From Ferroglobus placidus DSM 10642 (GTDB taxonomy: Archaea; Halobacteriota; Archaeoglobi; Archaeoglobales; Archaeoglobaceae): a stretch of 32,000 bases of DNA. The stretch lies in assembly GCF_000025505.1 (NCBI RefSeq), contig NC_013849.1:60001-92000 (forward strand). The letters are read 5' to 3'. Position 1 is the first letter of the stretch. Each line of letters starts with the position of its first letter. Under the pieces are notes generated by a model, which saw only the letters and a program-made list of their open reading frames with translations, made no database searches and was not told where the DNA came from. Both the position numbers and the translations under genes were made by a program. This document shows positions 8,902 through 16,906 of this stretch, piece by piece.

Positions 8902-9651
8902 TAGGATTAGATCTCTTATCGCCCTCGATATGTCTCTGTTCTTCAAAACTACGGCTTCGTCGTACCACCTTCTCTCTTTTAAGCTACCTTCCGAAGGCAT
9001 TATTATCGCCTCTTCGCAGTCTCTAACGTACATCCTCGCGGAGGATTTGAATTCCGAGCAGATGGCTACTTTGCTCAAAGTCTCTACTATATCCTTCGGA
9101 AGCTCGCTGAGGGGGGCGAGCAGATATATTTTCACACCCCTTTCACTTGCTTCGAATATCTCGGGCTTGTACTCGTAAACTATCCTAATAGATTCGTTGC
9201 TTGTGGCAGCGATGGCGAGCTCTTCGTCGCTTCTGTTTATAAACTCCTTAATCGTGCTTATCAACACCCTCCTCCCCGTCACTTCGTAGGAAATCGTGTT
9301 CGATACGTTTCCCCTTACACCTATTGACCTTACAATGTTAAGAAATTCCTCTCTCAATTTGAACAAATTATACAGTCTCTTCTCAACATCTCTTATGAGC
9401 ATCGAAGTAGCCACTTCCGGAGACACAGCGTAGTACCTTCTCGGCTTCTGCGCGGAAACGTAGATTAACCCTTTTTCACTCAAATTTTCCAGGATGTCGT
9501 AGATTCTCTGTCTGGTCAATCCAACTTCCTTGGCTAACTCGCTGACTGAAGCCCCGGACTTCTTCAGTAGGAGCAGGTATATTTCAGCCTCCGTCTTACT
9601 CAAACCCAGATCTTCCAGAATGTTTGTCAACCGTGACTTATATTCCTGCAT
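8875..9651 (-). CDS. TrmB-family transcriptional regulator
   Basis: 258 aa; N-terminal 'ILEDLGLSKTEAEIYLLLLKKSGASVSELAKEVGLTRQRIYDILENLSEKGLIYVSAQKPRRYYAV' is typical TrmB wHTH. Divergent from the UbiD gene. Confidence 0.85.
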   Translation of the reverse strand: MQEYKSRLTNILEDLGLSKTEAEIYLLLLKKSGASVSELAKEVGLTRQRIYDILENLSEKGLIYVSAQKPRRYYAVSPEVATSMLIRDVEKRLYNLFKLREEFLNIVRSIGVRGNVSNTISYEVTGRRVLISTIKEFINRSDEELAIAATSNESIRIVYEYKPEIFEASERGVKIYLLAPLSELPKDIVETLSKVAICSEFKSSARMYVRDCEEAIIMPSEGSLKERRWYDEAVVLKNRDISRAIRDLILSRFDELPN

Positions 9652-9700
9652 TACAATGTATTGAAATTCAAAGCATTACTTAAACCTTTCCACCAGCCTC

Positions 9701-9715
9701 CATTTAAATTAAATG
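9701..9715. promoter_or_regulatory. Inverted repeat CATTTAA-A-TTAAATG in the TrmB/ubiD divergent intergenic region
   Basis: Perfect 7-bp arms around one centre base, between divergent starts at 9651 and 9810. Could be an operator or merely AT-rich promoter sequence. Confidence 0.35.
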
Positions 9716-9809
9716 TTGGTTATGGAAACTTCCAAGCTAAATCTGTAAAATTGAAAATTTGACACAATTTTATCTACATTAAACATTACGGTAGTTTTTA
9801 GGTGGTAGG

Positions 9810-11339
9810 ATGGGGGAGTTTATAGAAAAAAAGGACTACTTCGGAGTGAGGTTTCCGATACCGAGAGATCTGAGAGCTTTCATTGAAATACTTGAGAAGG
9901 AGGGAGAGTTGAAGAGAATAAAAGCGGAGGTCGATTGGAATCTCGAATTGTCGCACATAGCAAAGCTGAATGAAGAAAGAAGCGGTCCGGCTTTACTCTT
10001 CGAGAACATAAAGGACTACAAGCCGGGAGAGAAGAGGGGAAGCAAAGTATTCACTTCAGCTTTCACAACTCCGAAAAGGGTTGCGATAGCTTTGGGAATG
10101 GACAGAAGCGCTGGGGTTGTTGACATAGCGAGAGAATGGATGACGAGAGTTACGAAGGGAGGAAAGATTCCTCCGAAGAAAGTTAGCGATGGACCAGTTA
10201 TGGAGAACGTAGTTGAGGGGGACAAAATTAATTTGCTCGATTTTCCAGTGCCGCAGGTTTATCCTCAGGACGGTGGCAGATACTTCGGCACGGCAGTTTA
10301 CTTATTAACTAAAGATCCAGAGAAGGGGAAGGAGTGGGTAAATCTCGGCACATACAGAATGATGGTCCTCGACGAGAAGAGCTTGGGTGTTCAGATTCTC
10401 AAGGGAAAGGATGCCGACGTGATGATGCAAAAGTACAGGGAAATGGGAGAAAAGGAGATGCCAGCAGCAGCAGTTATCGGAGGAACCCCTCTCGGCTTCC
10501 TAACTGGAAGCACCCTCGTCGAATACGGGACGAGCGAGTACGAGATAATCGGTGCTTTGCAAGGTGAGCCAGTAGAAGTTATCGAGAGCGATTTGACCGG
10601 TTTGCCTATAGATGCGAGGGCAGAAATTGTCGCGGAGGGATTCATTCCGGTTGACGAAAAAGAGTGGAGACCCGAGGGACCTTTCGGAGAGTACACTGGC
10701 TACTACTCAGGAAAAGCTAAAGAGGAATTTCCAAAGCCTTGGATTAGAGTGGAGAGGATAATGCATAGAAACGATCCGATATTCTGGGTGACAACTGTCG
10801 GAAGACCGGTTACTGACACGCACATGATTCAGTCTATAAACAGAACAGCCGAGCTATGGACTCAGCTCGAACAGATGGGAGTTCCGGGAATACAGTCCGT
10901 CTACATACCTCCAGAAAGCGGTGGAAGATTCTGGGCGATAATTTCTATAAAGCAGATGTATCCGGGACACGGAAGGCATGCAGGATTGGCAGCTTTCGCC
11001 ACAGTCGTCGGAAACTACGGAATGAAGGGAGTCATTGTTGTAGATGACGACATAAGAGCTGATGATTTGCCGAGAGTCTGGTGGGCTTTGTCGGTGAGGT
11101 ACAACCCGGTCGAAGACACCGAGATTATAAAGAAGGGTAGGTCAACGCCTTTAGATCCCTCACTGCCGATATACAAGGACTGGTACGACAGAAGGTTGCT
11201 GGTTTCGAGAATCCTCATAGATGCAACGACTCCCTACGAATGGGAGAGGAAGCCGCAGGTTATAGAGCTCGACAAAGAAACTGTGGAAAAGCTGAAGCAG
11301 AGGTGGGACGAGTTCGGCTTCGACTGGAAGCCGGAGTAA
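9810..11339 (+). CDS. UbiD-family (prenylated-FMN dependent) decarboxylase/carboxylase; candidate phenylphosphate or 4-hydroxybenzoate carboxylase subunit
   Basis: 509 aa; 'RPEGPFGEYTGYYS', 'MYPGHGRHAGLAA', 'VVDDDIRADDLPRVWWAL'. AGGTGGTAG-ATG start context. UbiX homologue in the same cluster. Confidence 0.9.
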   Translation: MGEFIEKKDYFGVRFPIPRDLRAFIEILEKEGELKRIKAEVDWNLELSHIAKLNEERSGPALLFENIKDYKPGEKRGSKVFTSAFTTPKRVAIALGMDRSAGVVDIAREWMTRVTKGGKIPPKKVSDGPVMENVVEGDKINLLDFPVPQVYPQDGGRYFGTAVYLLTKDPEKGKEWVNLGTYRMMVLDEKSLGVQILKGKDADVMMQKYREMGEKEMPAAAVIGGTPLGFLTGSTLVEYGTSEYEIIGALQGEPVEVIESDLTGLPIDARAEIVAEGFIPVDEKEWRPEGPFGEYTGYYSGKAKEEFPKPWIRVERIMHRNDPIFWVTTVGRPVTDTHMIQSINRTAELWTQLEQMGVPGIQSVYIPPESGGRFWAIISIKQMYPGHGRHAGLAAFATVVGNYGMKGVIVVDDDIRADDLPRVWWALSVRYNPVEDTEIIKKGRSTPLDPSLPIYKDWYDRRLLVSRILIDATTPYEWERKPQVIELDKETVEKLKQRWDEFGFDWKPE

Positions 11340-11371
11340 ATTTCTAATTTTTTATTTTCGAGGTGGTAAAT

Positions 11372-12070
11372 TTGGTTAAGTGGATCGGCTTCGATTACGG
11401 ACAATGCTTGATGGACTCTTCGAACAGAAAAGTCGAGTACTGGATGGCAGCAGTTTTCATAGACGAAGAAAAGGAAAGACCGGGGATAATAAACGAGAAG
11501 GTGAAGCTTTACAACGAGCTGATAGAGAAGTACGGAGATTTTAGAAGGTTGCACGAAAAGGGGAGGCACGAGGTTGAGGAGAAAGTTCTCGAGAACAATC
11601 CGTGTTTGATAAAGAGGTATTACGAAGTGGAACAAAAGCTTCTAAAACCAGCGGATGGAGCTGAAGACGCTCTGAGGTATCTGAAAAAGAAGGGCTACGT
11701 TCTCGACGTAGTTTCTGATATGAGCACGGTGAACGTGATAATCAATTTCCTAAACAACTACAACCTCCGCCACTTCTTCTCCAACATCTACTCCCCTATT
11801 GGTGTTGTTAGAGAGAGCGGAGAAATCGACGAGAGCTTTAAAGGAGTTTCAAAGGAAGACGGAAGCCTTTACGAGAAGTTGAAGGAAGACCTCGAGAGGA
11901 GAGGAATTGACGTTTCCGAGGCTGTAATGGTTGGAGATCATCCGGTGAAGGATGTTGAAATGGCAAAGAAGTACGGATTCATAACCGTCCACTACGACGT
12001 GAAAGGAAAACCTTCGGACAAAGCGGATTACGTAATAAGCCACTTCTCGGAGCTTAAAAAGATATTTTAA
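11372..12070 (+). CDS. HAD-superfamily protein, candidate phenylphosphate carboxylase delta-like subunit (track start at 11363 lies inside the SD; TTG at 11372 preferred)
   Basis: 'WIGFDYGQCLMD' (motif I-like), 'LDVVSDMS' (motif II), 'EAVMVGDHPVKDVEMAKKYG' (motif IV). SD AGGTGG is immediately upstream. Sits between ubiD-like and ligase genes. Confidence 0.72.
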   Translation: MVKWIGFDYGQCLMDSSNRKVEYWMAAVFIDEEKERPGIINEKVKLYNELIEKYGDFRRLHEKGRHEVEEKVLENNPCLIKRYYEVEQKLLKPADGAEDALRYLKKKGYVLDVVSDMSTVNVIINFLNNYNLRHFFSNIYSPIGVVRESGEIDESFKGVSKEDGSLYEKLKEDLERRGIDVSEAVMVGDHPVKDVEMAKKYGFITVHYDVKGKPSDKADYVISHFSELKKIF

Positions 12071-12079
12071 GGGGTCGAT

Positions 12080-13654
12080 ATGCCCATTTCCGGAGAAAAG
12101 TTCGAATTTAACGTTCCGGAAAGAATGAATTTAGCGGAGATCGTTGTTGACAGGCAAGCTGAAAGGTTTCCAGAAAAAACGGCAATTGTTTGCGTTGGAA
12201 GCGAAAAAATGGGAATAAAAGAGGAGAAGGTAACATTTAAAGAGTTGAAAGATTTGACGAATAAAGCTGCGAACGCTTTTATTAATGAAGGAATGAGCTT
12301 TGACGACAGAGTTCTAATAGTTTTGCCCGACTCCATAGACTTCTACATCGCCTTTTACGGAGCTATAAAGCTCGGAGCCGTGCCAGTGCCTGTAAACACG
12401 TATCTTTTCGAGGAGGATTACGCTTACTTCTTGGAAGATTCCCGGGCTAAATTTGCGGTAATTTACAGCGGTTTCGAAAAAGCTTTGAAAGCAGCTGAAA
12501 ATTCGAAGTATCTCAAAGAAGTTTTTACTGAAAAAGATTTGAGGGAACTTACGAATAAAGCATCTTCGGAATTCGAACCTTTAAAGCTCAGCAAGGATTC
12601 GATGGCTTTCTGGCTTTACAGTTCCGGAACGACCGGAAAGCCGAAGGGAGTTGTTCATCTCCACCACGATCCGATCTTCGTTTGCGAAAGCTATCACAGA
12701 AGAGTTCTCGGACTGAGCAGCGAAGACGTGTGCTACTCCGTTAGCAAGCTCTTCTTCGCCTACGGACTCGGAAGCTGCGGATACGGTAGTTTATACTTCG
12801 GGGCAACAGTGGTGGTTGATCCGGAAAGACCCGATCCGGAGAGAGCTGCAGAAATACTCGAAAAATACGGAGTTACAGCTTTGTTTACCGTCCCATCTTT
12901 CTACGCGAGGCTCGTAGAAATTGATAGGGATGTGAAGCATAAGTTAAGAATCGCTGTGAGCGGAGGAGAGCCTTTGCCGGAAGCTGTATGGTACAAGTTC
13001 AAAGAGAAGTTCGGAGTTGAGATAGTTGAGCATATAGGATCAACCGAGGCTTTGTACGCTTTCATCGGTCACTATCCGGGGAAAGTCAAGCCCGGATACA
13101 CCGGAGTCGTAATGCCCGGGTGGGAGGTTAAGCTTGTCGACGAGAACGGAAACGAAATAGTCGAGGACGGGATTCCCGGCAAACTTTTGATTAAGGGTGA
13201 CTCGGTGGCTGCTTTTTACTGGGAAAAGCACGAAAAGACGAAAAAAGCCTTTCTCGGAGAGTGGTACGACACTGGCGACACCTTCGTTAAAGAGGGCGAA
13301 TACTTCAAGTACCACGGAAGGGCAGACGACTTGATAAAAACGAGAGGGCTTTGGGTTTCTCCGGTTAAAGTTGAGAACGCTTTATTAAAGCATCCGGCGA
13401 TAGAAGAATGCGCAGTTGTGCAGGGATTTAACGAGAAAAAACTCGAGGTCGTTGCGGCTTACGTTGTTCTAAGGAAAGGATACGACGAAAGCGTTGTGGA
13501 TGATGTAAAAAGATTTTTGAGGGAGCAGGGGCTGAAAGGCTTCGAAATCCCTGAGAAATGGGTTTTTGTCAGAGAACTTCCGAGAACCGCTACTGGAAAA
13601 ATTCAAAAATACAAGTTGAGGATGAAAGAGTTTGAGGAGGCGTTTGGGAAATGA
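12080..13654 (+). CDS. Benzoate-CoA-ligase-family enzyme, candidate 4-hydroxybenzoate/benzoate--CoA ligase
   Basis: 524 aa; 'YSSGTTGKPKGVVHLHHD', 'YSVSKLFFAYGLGS', 'HIGSTEALYAF', 'GLWVSPVKVENAL', 'PRTATGKIQKYKLR'. Confidence 0.88.
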   Translation: MPISGEKFEFNVPERMNLAEIVVDRQAERFPEKTAIVCVGSEKMGIKEEKVTFKELKDLTNKAANAFINEGMSFDDRVLIVLPDSIDFYIAFYGAIKLGAVPVPVNTYLFEEDYAYFLEDSRAKFAVIYSGFEKALKAAENSKYLKEVFTEKDLRELTNKASSEFEPLKLSKDSMAFWLYSSGTTGKPKGVVHLHHDPIFVCESYHRRVLGLSSEDVCYSVSKLFFAYGLGSCGYGSLYFGATVVVDPERPDPERAAEILEKYGVTALFTVPSFYARLVEIDRDVKHKLRIAVSGGEPLPEAVWYKFKEKFGVEIVEHIGSTEALYAFIGHYPGKVKPGYTGVVMPGWEVKLVDENGNEIVEDGIPGKLLIKGDSVAAFYWEKHEKTKKAFLGEWYDTGDTFVKEGEYFKYHGRADDLIKTRGLWVSPVKVENALLKHPAIEECAVVQGFNEKKLEVVAAYVVLRKGYDESVVDDVKRFLREQGLKGFEIPEKWVFVRELPRTATGKIQKYKLRMKEFEEAFGK

Positions 13655-14238
13655 GGATCGTCGTAGCTCTAACGGGAGCTTCCGGACAGATTTACGGAAT
13701 AAGGCTTCTCGAATACTTAAGTAAAACGGATATCGAGACGCATCTTGTTATCTCTCCGGCTGCCAAAGAAAATATAGAGATAGAGACGGAATACAGCGTA
13801 GAATACGTTGAGAGCTTGGCGGATTTCTGCTACGACTACATGGACTTCACGGCTCCAATAGCAAGCGGAAGTTTCAAGCACGACGGGATGATCGTGATCC
13901 CCTGCTCGATCAAAACAGCTTCGGCGATAGCAAACAGCCTCAACTACAACCTGATAATCAGAGCAGCAGACGTGACTTTGAAGGAGAGGAGAAAGCTCGT
14001 TCTCGTCGTTAGAGAGACTCCGCTTCATTCCGGTCACTTGAGGATGCTCGCCAAGCTTTCGGATCTCGGAGCGATAGTATACCCGCCAGTTCCAGCGTTT
14101 TACTCCAAACCGAAGAGCTTGGACGACATCGTAAATCACACGGTGGGAAGAGCCCTCGATCTTCTCGGAGTTGAGAACAACCTCTACAAACCTTGGATGG
14201 GCAGGGAGAGTATATCGGAGAAGGAGTTCAATTTGTAA
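13651..14238 (+). CDS. ubiX: UbiX-like flavin prenyltransferase
   Basis: 195 aa; 'VVALTGASGQIYGIRLLEYL', 'IVIPCSIKTASAIANSLNYNLIIRAADVTLKERRKLVLVVRETPLHSGHLRML'. ATGA overlap with the ligase stop. Confidence 0.93.
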   Translation: MRIVVALTGASGQIYGIRLLEYLSKTDIETHLVISPAAKENIEIETEYSVEYVESLADFCYDYMDFTAPIASGSFKHDGMIVIPCSIKTASAIANSLNYNLIIRAADVTLKERRKLVLVVRETPLHSGHLRMLAKLSDLGAIVYPPVPAFYSKPKSLDDIVNHTVGRALDLLGVENNLYKPWMGRESISEKEFNL

Positions 14239-14795
14239 TCGGCATCAAGCTCTGAAAATTTATTTTCCCCCTCCAAAACAGCTATTTTAATTCCGGCTCT
14301 TTTGCAAGCCTCCACATCTGATCTGCTATCACCTACGAAGAGAACATCTTTTTTGCTGACCTTAAGCGATTCGATCGCTTTTAATATTCCCATCGGAGAC
14401 GGTTTTAAAAGCTGAACGTCCTTTCTTCCTATAACAACCTCGAAGCTGCCGGCTATTTGAAATTTTTCAAGAGCTTTTTTCAAAACGTCCTTGCTTACGT
14501 TAGAAACCACCGCCTTTTTAACCCTCAGCTTTTCGAGAACTTCCTTGACTCCCTCTCTAAGCTTCCACCTCTTAAAAGCCTCTAAATCGTACTTGTCGTA
14601 GATATTGTCGATCAAAGAAATTAAGGATGGATGATATGAAGCTACGAAGTTGTATATCTCGGCGTAGTTGCTACTCTCGATCTCAATTCCCCTCTCTTCG
14701 AGAACGCTTTTCGCTTCTTTCACTGCCTTACTCAAATCCCAAGCGAAGTTGACAAGTGTCCCCTCAAAGTCGAAGATTAGTGCTTTGAACGTCAT
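14184..14795 (-). CDS. HAD-superfamily hydrolase (start at 14795, not the 14831 in the track)
   Basis: 'MTFKALIFDFEGTLVNF', 'KAVVSNVSKD', 'DVLFVGDSRSDVEACKRAGIKIAVLEGENK'. Start codon overlaps the stop of the upstream molybdopterin gene (ATGA). Confidence 0.82.
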   Translation of the reverse strand: MTFKALIFDFEGTLVNFAWDLSKAVKEAKSVLEERGIEIESSNYAEIYNFVASYHPSLISLIDNIYDKYDLEAFKRWKLREGVKEVLEKLRVKKAVVSNVSKDVLKKALEKFQIAGSFEVVIGRKDVQLLKPSPMGILKAIESLKVSKKDVLFVGDSRSDVEACKRAGIKIAVLEGENKFSELDADYKLNSFSDILSLPIQGL

Positions 14796-16837
14796 TCTTT
14801 CCTCGCAAGGAGTGCTTTCAGCTCCGGGCATCCGGAAATCGGATCTCCGGGCTTGTTTGAGGTAAGAACGTTAACGTTCCCTTCGCTCCATCCGTGGGGG
14901 ATGTTTATTACTCCCGGGGCTATGTCTTCGGTAACTTTAGCTCTGACGACTATGCTTCCCCTCTCGGTTTTGACGATAACCTTGTCTCCGTCCTTCACTC
15001 CGAACTTCTCTGCAGTTTTCGGATTTATCTCAACGTAAGCCTCCGGAAGAATTCTTCTCATCTTCTCCACGTTTCTCATTTGGGAATGGGTGTAGTAAAC
15101 GTCCCTCGCCCCGGTAGTTAGAATTAAAGGATATTCCTTGGCTTTTTCGCTGTACGGACTTTCGCTCGGCTCTTTCGGGGTTGGAATCGGATCGTAGCCG
15201 AGTTTTTTCAAAGTTTCCGAGTATATCTCGACTTTCCCGCTCGGAGTTTTGAATCCTCTCTTCTTGTACTCTTCGTACTTTACTTCTCCAGTCCAAACTC
15301 CTGAAGGATATTTTTCGTTCAGATCTTCGAAGGAGTAGCCGGTAGGCTCCAAAACGTAATCGAGAACTTCTTCAACGCTCGTCCACGGGAAGTAGTTATC
15401 GAATCCCATTTTCTTCGCAAGCTCAAGCCAGAATTCCACGTCACTCTTAGCCTCTCCCAAAGGCTCTATCACCTTCTTCCTCAGCATCATGTAGGGAATT
15501 CCGAATATCACGCTGTAGTAGTCGACGAGCTCGTATCTTTCAAGGAAAGAGGCGGCGGGTAAGAAAACATCTGCGTGTTTTGCTGTTTCCGTCATGAACA
15601 TATCCATAACCGCCAGAAATTCCACCTTCTTCAGCATCTCCACGACTTTATTCGAGTTGGGCCAGGTTAAAGCCGGATTTGATCCGGCGACAAAGATGCT
15701 TTTAATTGGGTACGGCTTTCCTTCGAGGACAGCGTCGTATAAATACATCCCCTGCCCCTCGCCAAGATGAGTTTCCCAGACTTGGTAGAATAGGGGGTGC
15801 TCCTTAATTCCGAGAGGCACGTCTTCCAGCATTTCCACGAGCCTGAGGTTTCTCGTGTGGACTCTTGCAGCTCTGACAAATCCTCCCTTTACATCGATGT
15901 TCCCCGTTAAAGCGTGGAGAATAGCCACGCTCCTCGCGTTCTGCACGCCAGTAGGAACCTGATCCAGAGCGTTCACCCCTTGGACTATGCATGCCGGCTT
16001 TGTTGTTGCGAAAGTTCTTGCAATCTCAGTAATCGTCTCTGCTTCAACCCACGTTCTTTCGGCTATTTCCTCCAGAGAATATTTGGCTACGTGATTTTTC
16101 AATTCTTCAAAGCCGACGCAGTAATTGGAGACAAATTCCTTATCGTAAAGCTCCTCTTCGATTATGACTTTCATCAACCCCAAAGCTAAGTAGGTGTCGC
16201 TGCCCGGTCTAATTGAGGCGTGTATGTCAGCCATCTTCGCAACCTTGGTTCTTCTCGGATCGATTACTATAAGCTTCGCTCCTCTTTCTCTGGCTTTGTC
16301 TATCCTCCAAGCCAAAGGTGGCTTGGAAGCGTGGGGATTGTGAGCCCAGACGATTATGCAGTTAGCATTGTCTACATCAGCTACGTTGAACTTTCCGATC
16401 GTGAGAATGTAGCCTATTATCTGATGCCTGTAACACATGCTCTCGGGAGAGAAGCAGTTTGGAGTACCATAGACATCCATAAACCTCCTTATGAAGCCTA
16501 CAGTAGATGAACCTCCGAGAAGTATCGGCATTCCGATTATCGTAGCAAAGTACCTCGGGTCCTCTTCTCTTATCTCCTTCAAATTCTCAGCCACGAGCTC
16601 TATAGCATAATCCCAGTCAACCTTTTTCCACTTCTCTCCTTCCTTGACCATCGGACGCGTCACTCTTTCTTTCGAGTAGATGTAATCTGGAGCGACGCTT
16701 CCTTTCGGGCAGAGCCTTCCAAAATTGAGAGGGTGCTCCTTCATTCCCTTAACACTCGTTATTCTTCCCTTTTCAACTTTCACATCCATTCCGCAACTCC
16801 AAGCGCAAAGCTCGCAAGCTGTCTTGATTATCATCAC
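14792..16837 (-). CDS. Molybdopterin-dependent oxidoreductase catalytic subunit (DMSO reductase family), substrate unknown
   Basis: 681 aa; 4Fe-4S motif 'CELCAWSCGM...GRLCPKG', 'GADIHASIRPGSDTYLALGLM'-type central region (ORF: MADIHASIRPGSDTYLALG), C-terminal 'PLILTTGARDVYYTHSQMRNV...GDKVIVKTERGSI'. No obvious Tat signal. Confidence 0.9.
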   Translation of the reverse strand: MMIIKTACELCAWSCGMDVKVEKGRITSVKGMKEHPLNFGRLCPKGSVAPDYIYSKERVTRPMVKEGEKWKKVDWDYAIELVAENLKEIREEDPRYFATIIGMPILLGGSSTVGFIRRFMDVYGTPNCFSPESMCYRHQIIGYILTIGKFNVADVDNANCIIVWAHNPHASKPPLAWRIDKARERGAKLIVIDPRRTKVAKMADIHASIRPGSDTYLALGLMKVIIEEELYDKEFVSNYCVGFEELKNHVAKYSLEEIAERTWVEAETITEIARTFATTKPACIVQGVNALDQVPTGVQNARSVAILHALTGNIDVKGGFVRAARVHTRNLRLVEMLEDVPLGIKEHPLFYQVWETHLGEGQGMYLYDAVLEGKPYPIKSIFVAGSNPALTWPNSNKVVEMLKKVEFLAVMDMFMTETAKHADVFLPAASFLERYELVDYYSVIFGIPYMMLRKKVIEPLGEAKSDVEFWLELAKKMGFDNYFPWTSVEEVLDYVLEPTGYSFEDLNEKYPSGVWTGEVKYEEYKKRGFKTPSGKVEIYSETLKKLGYDPIPTPKEPSESPYSEKAKEYPLILTTGARDVYYTHSQMRNVEKMRRILPEAYVEINPKTAEKFGVKDGDKVIVKTERGSIVVRAKVTEDIAPGVINIPHGWSEGNVNVLTSNKPGDPISGCPELKALLARKE

Positions 16838-16906
16838 ATGAAGTTAAGGATTAATAATTTATAAAGGTTTGTAAAGTAAATTTTTGGAAAATCGGAAGGT
16901 GTCGAC

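Noticed and set aside
9810-11339. Antisense/alternate-frame ORFs within the UbiD gene (10016-10225, 10334-10567, 10391-10696, 10856-11047, 11015-11218)
   Set aside because: Contained in a 509-aa UbiD CDS with conserved motifs. No independent support.
14853-16510. Shadow ORFs (14853-15038, 14894-15121, 15030-15296, 15667-15879, 15804-15992, 15914-16189, 16220-16510) over the molybdopterin enzyme
   Set aside because: Translations carry no family signal and the host gene is intact with clear motifs throughout.
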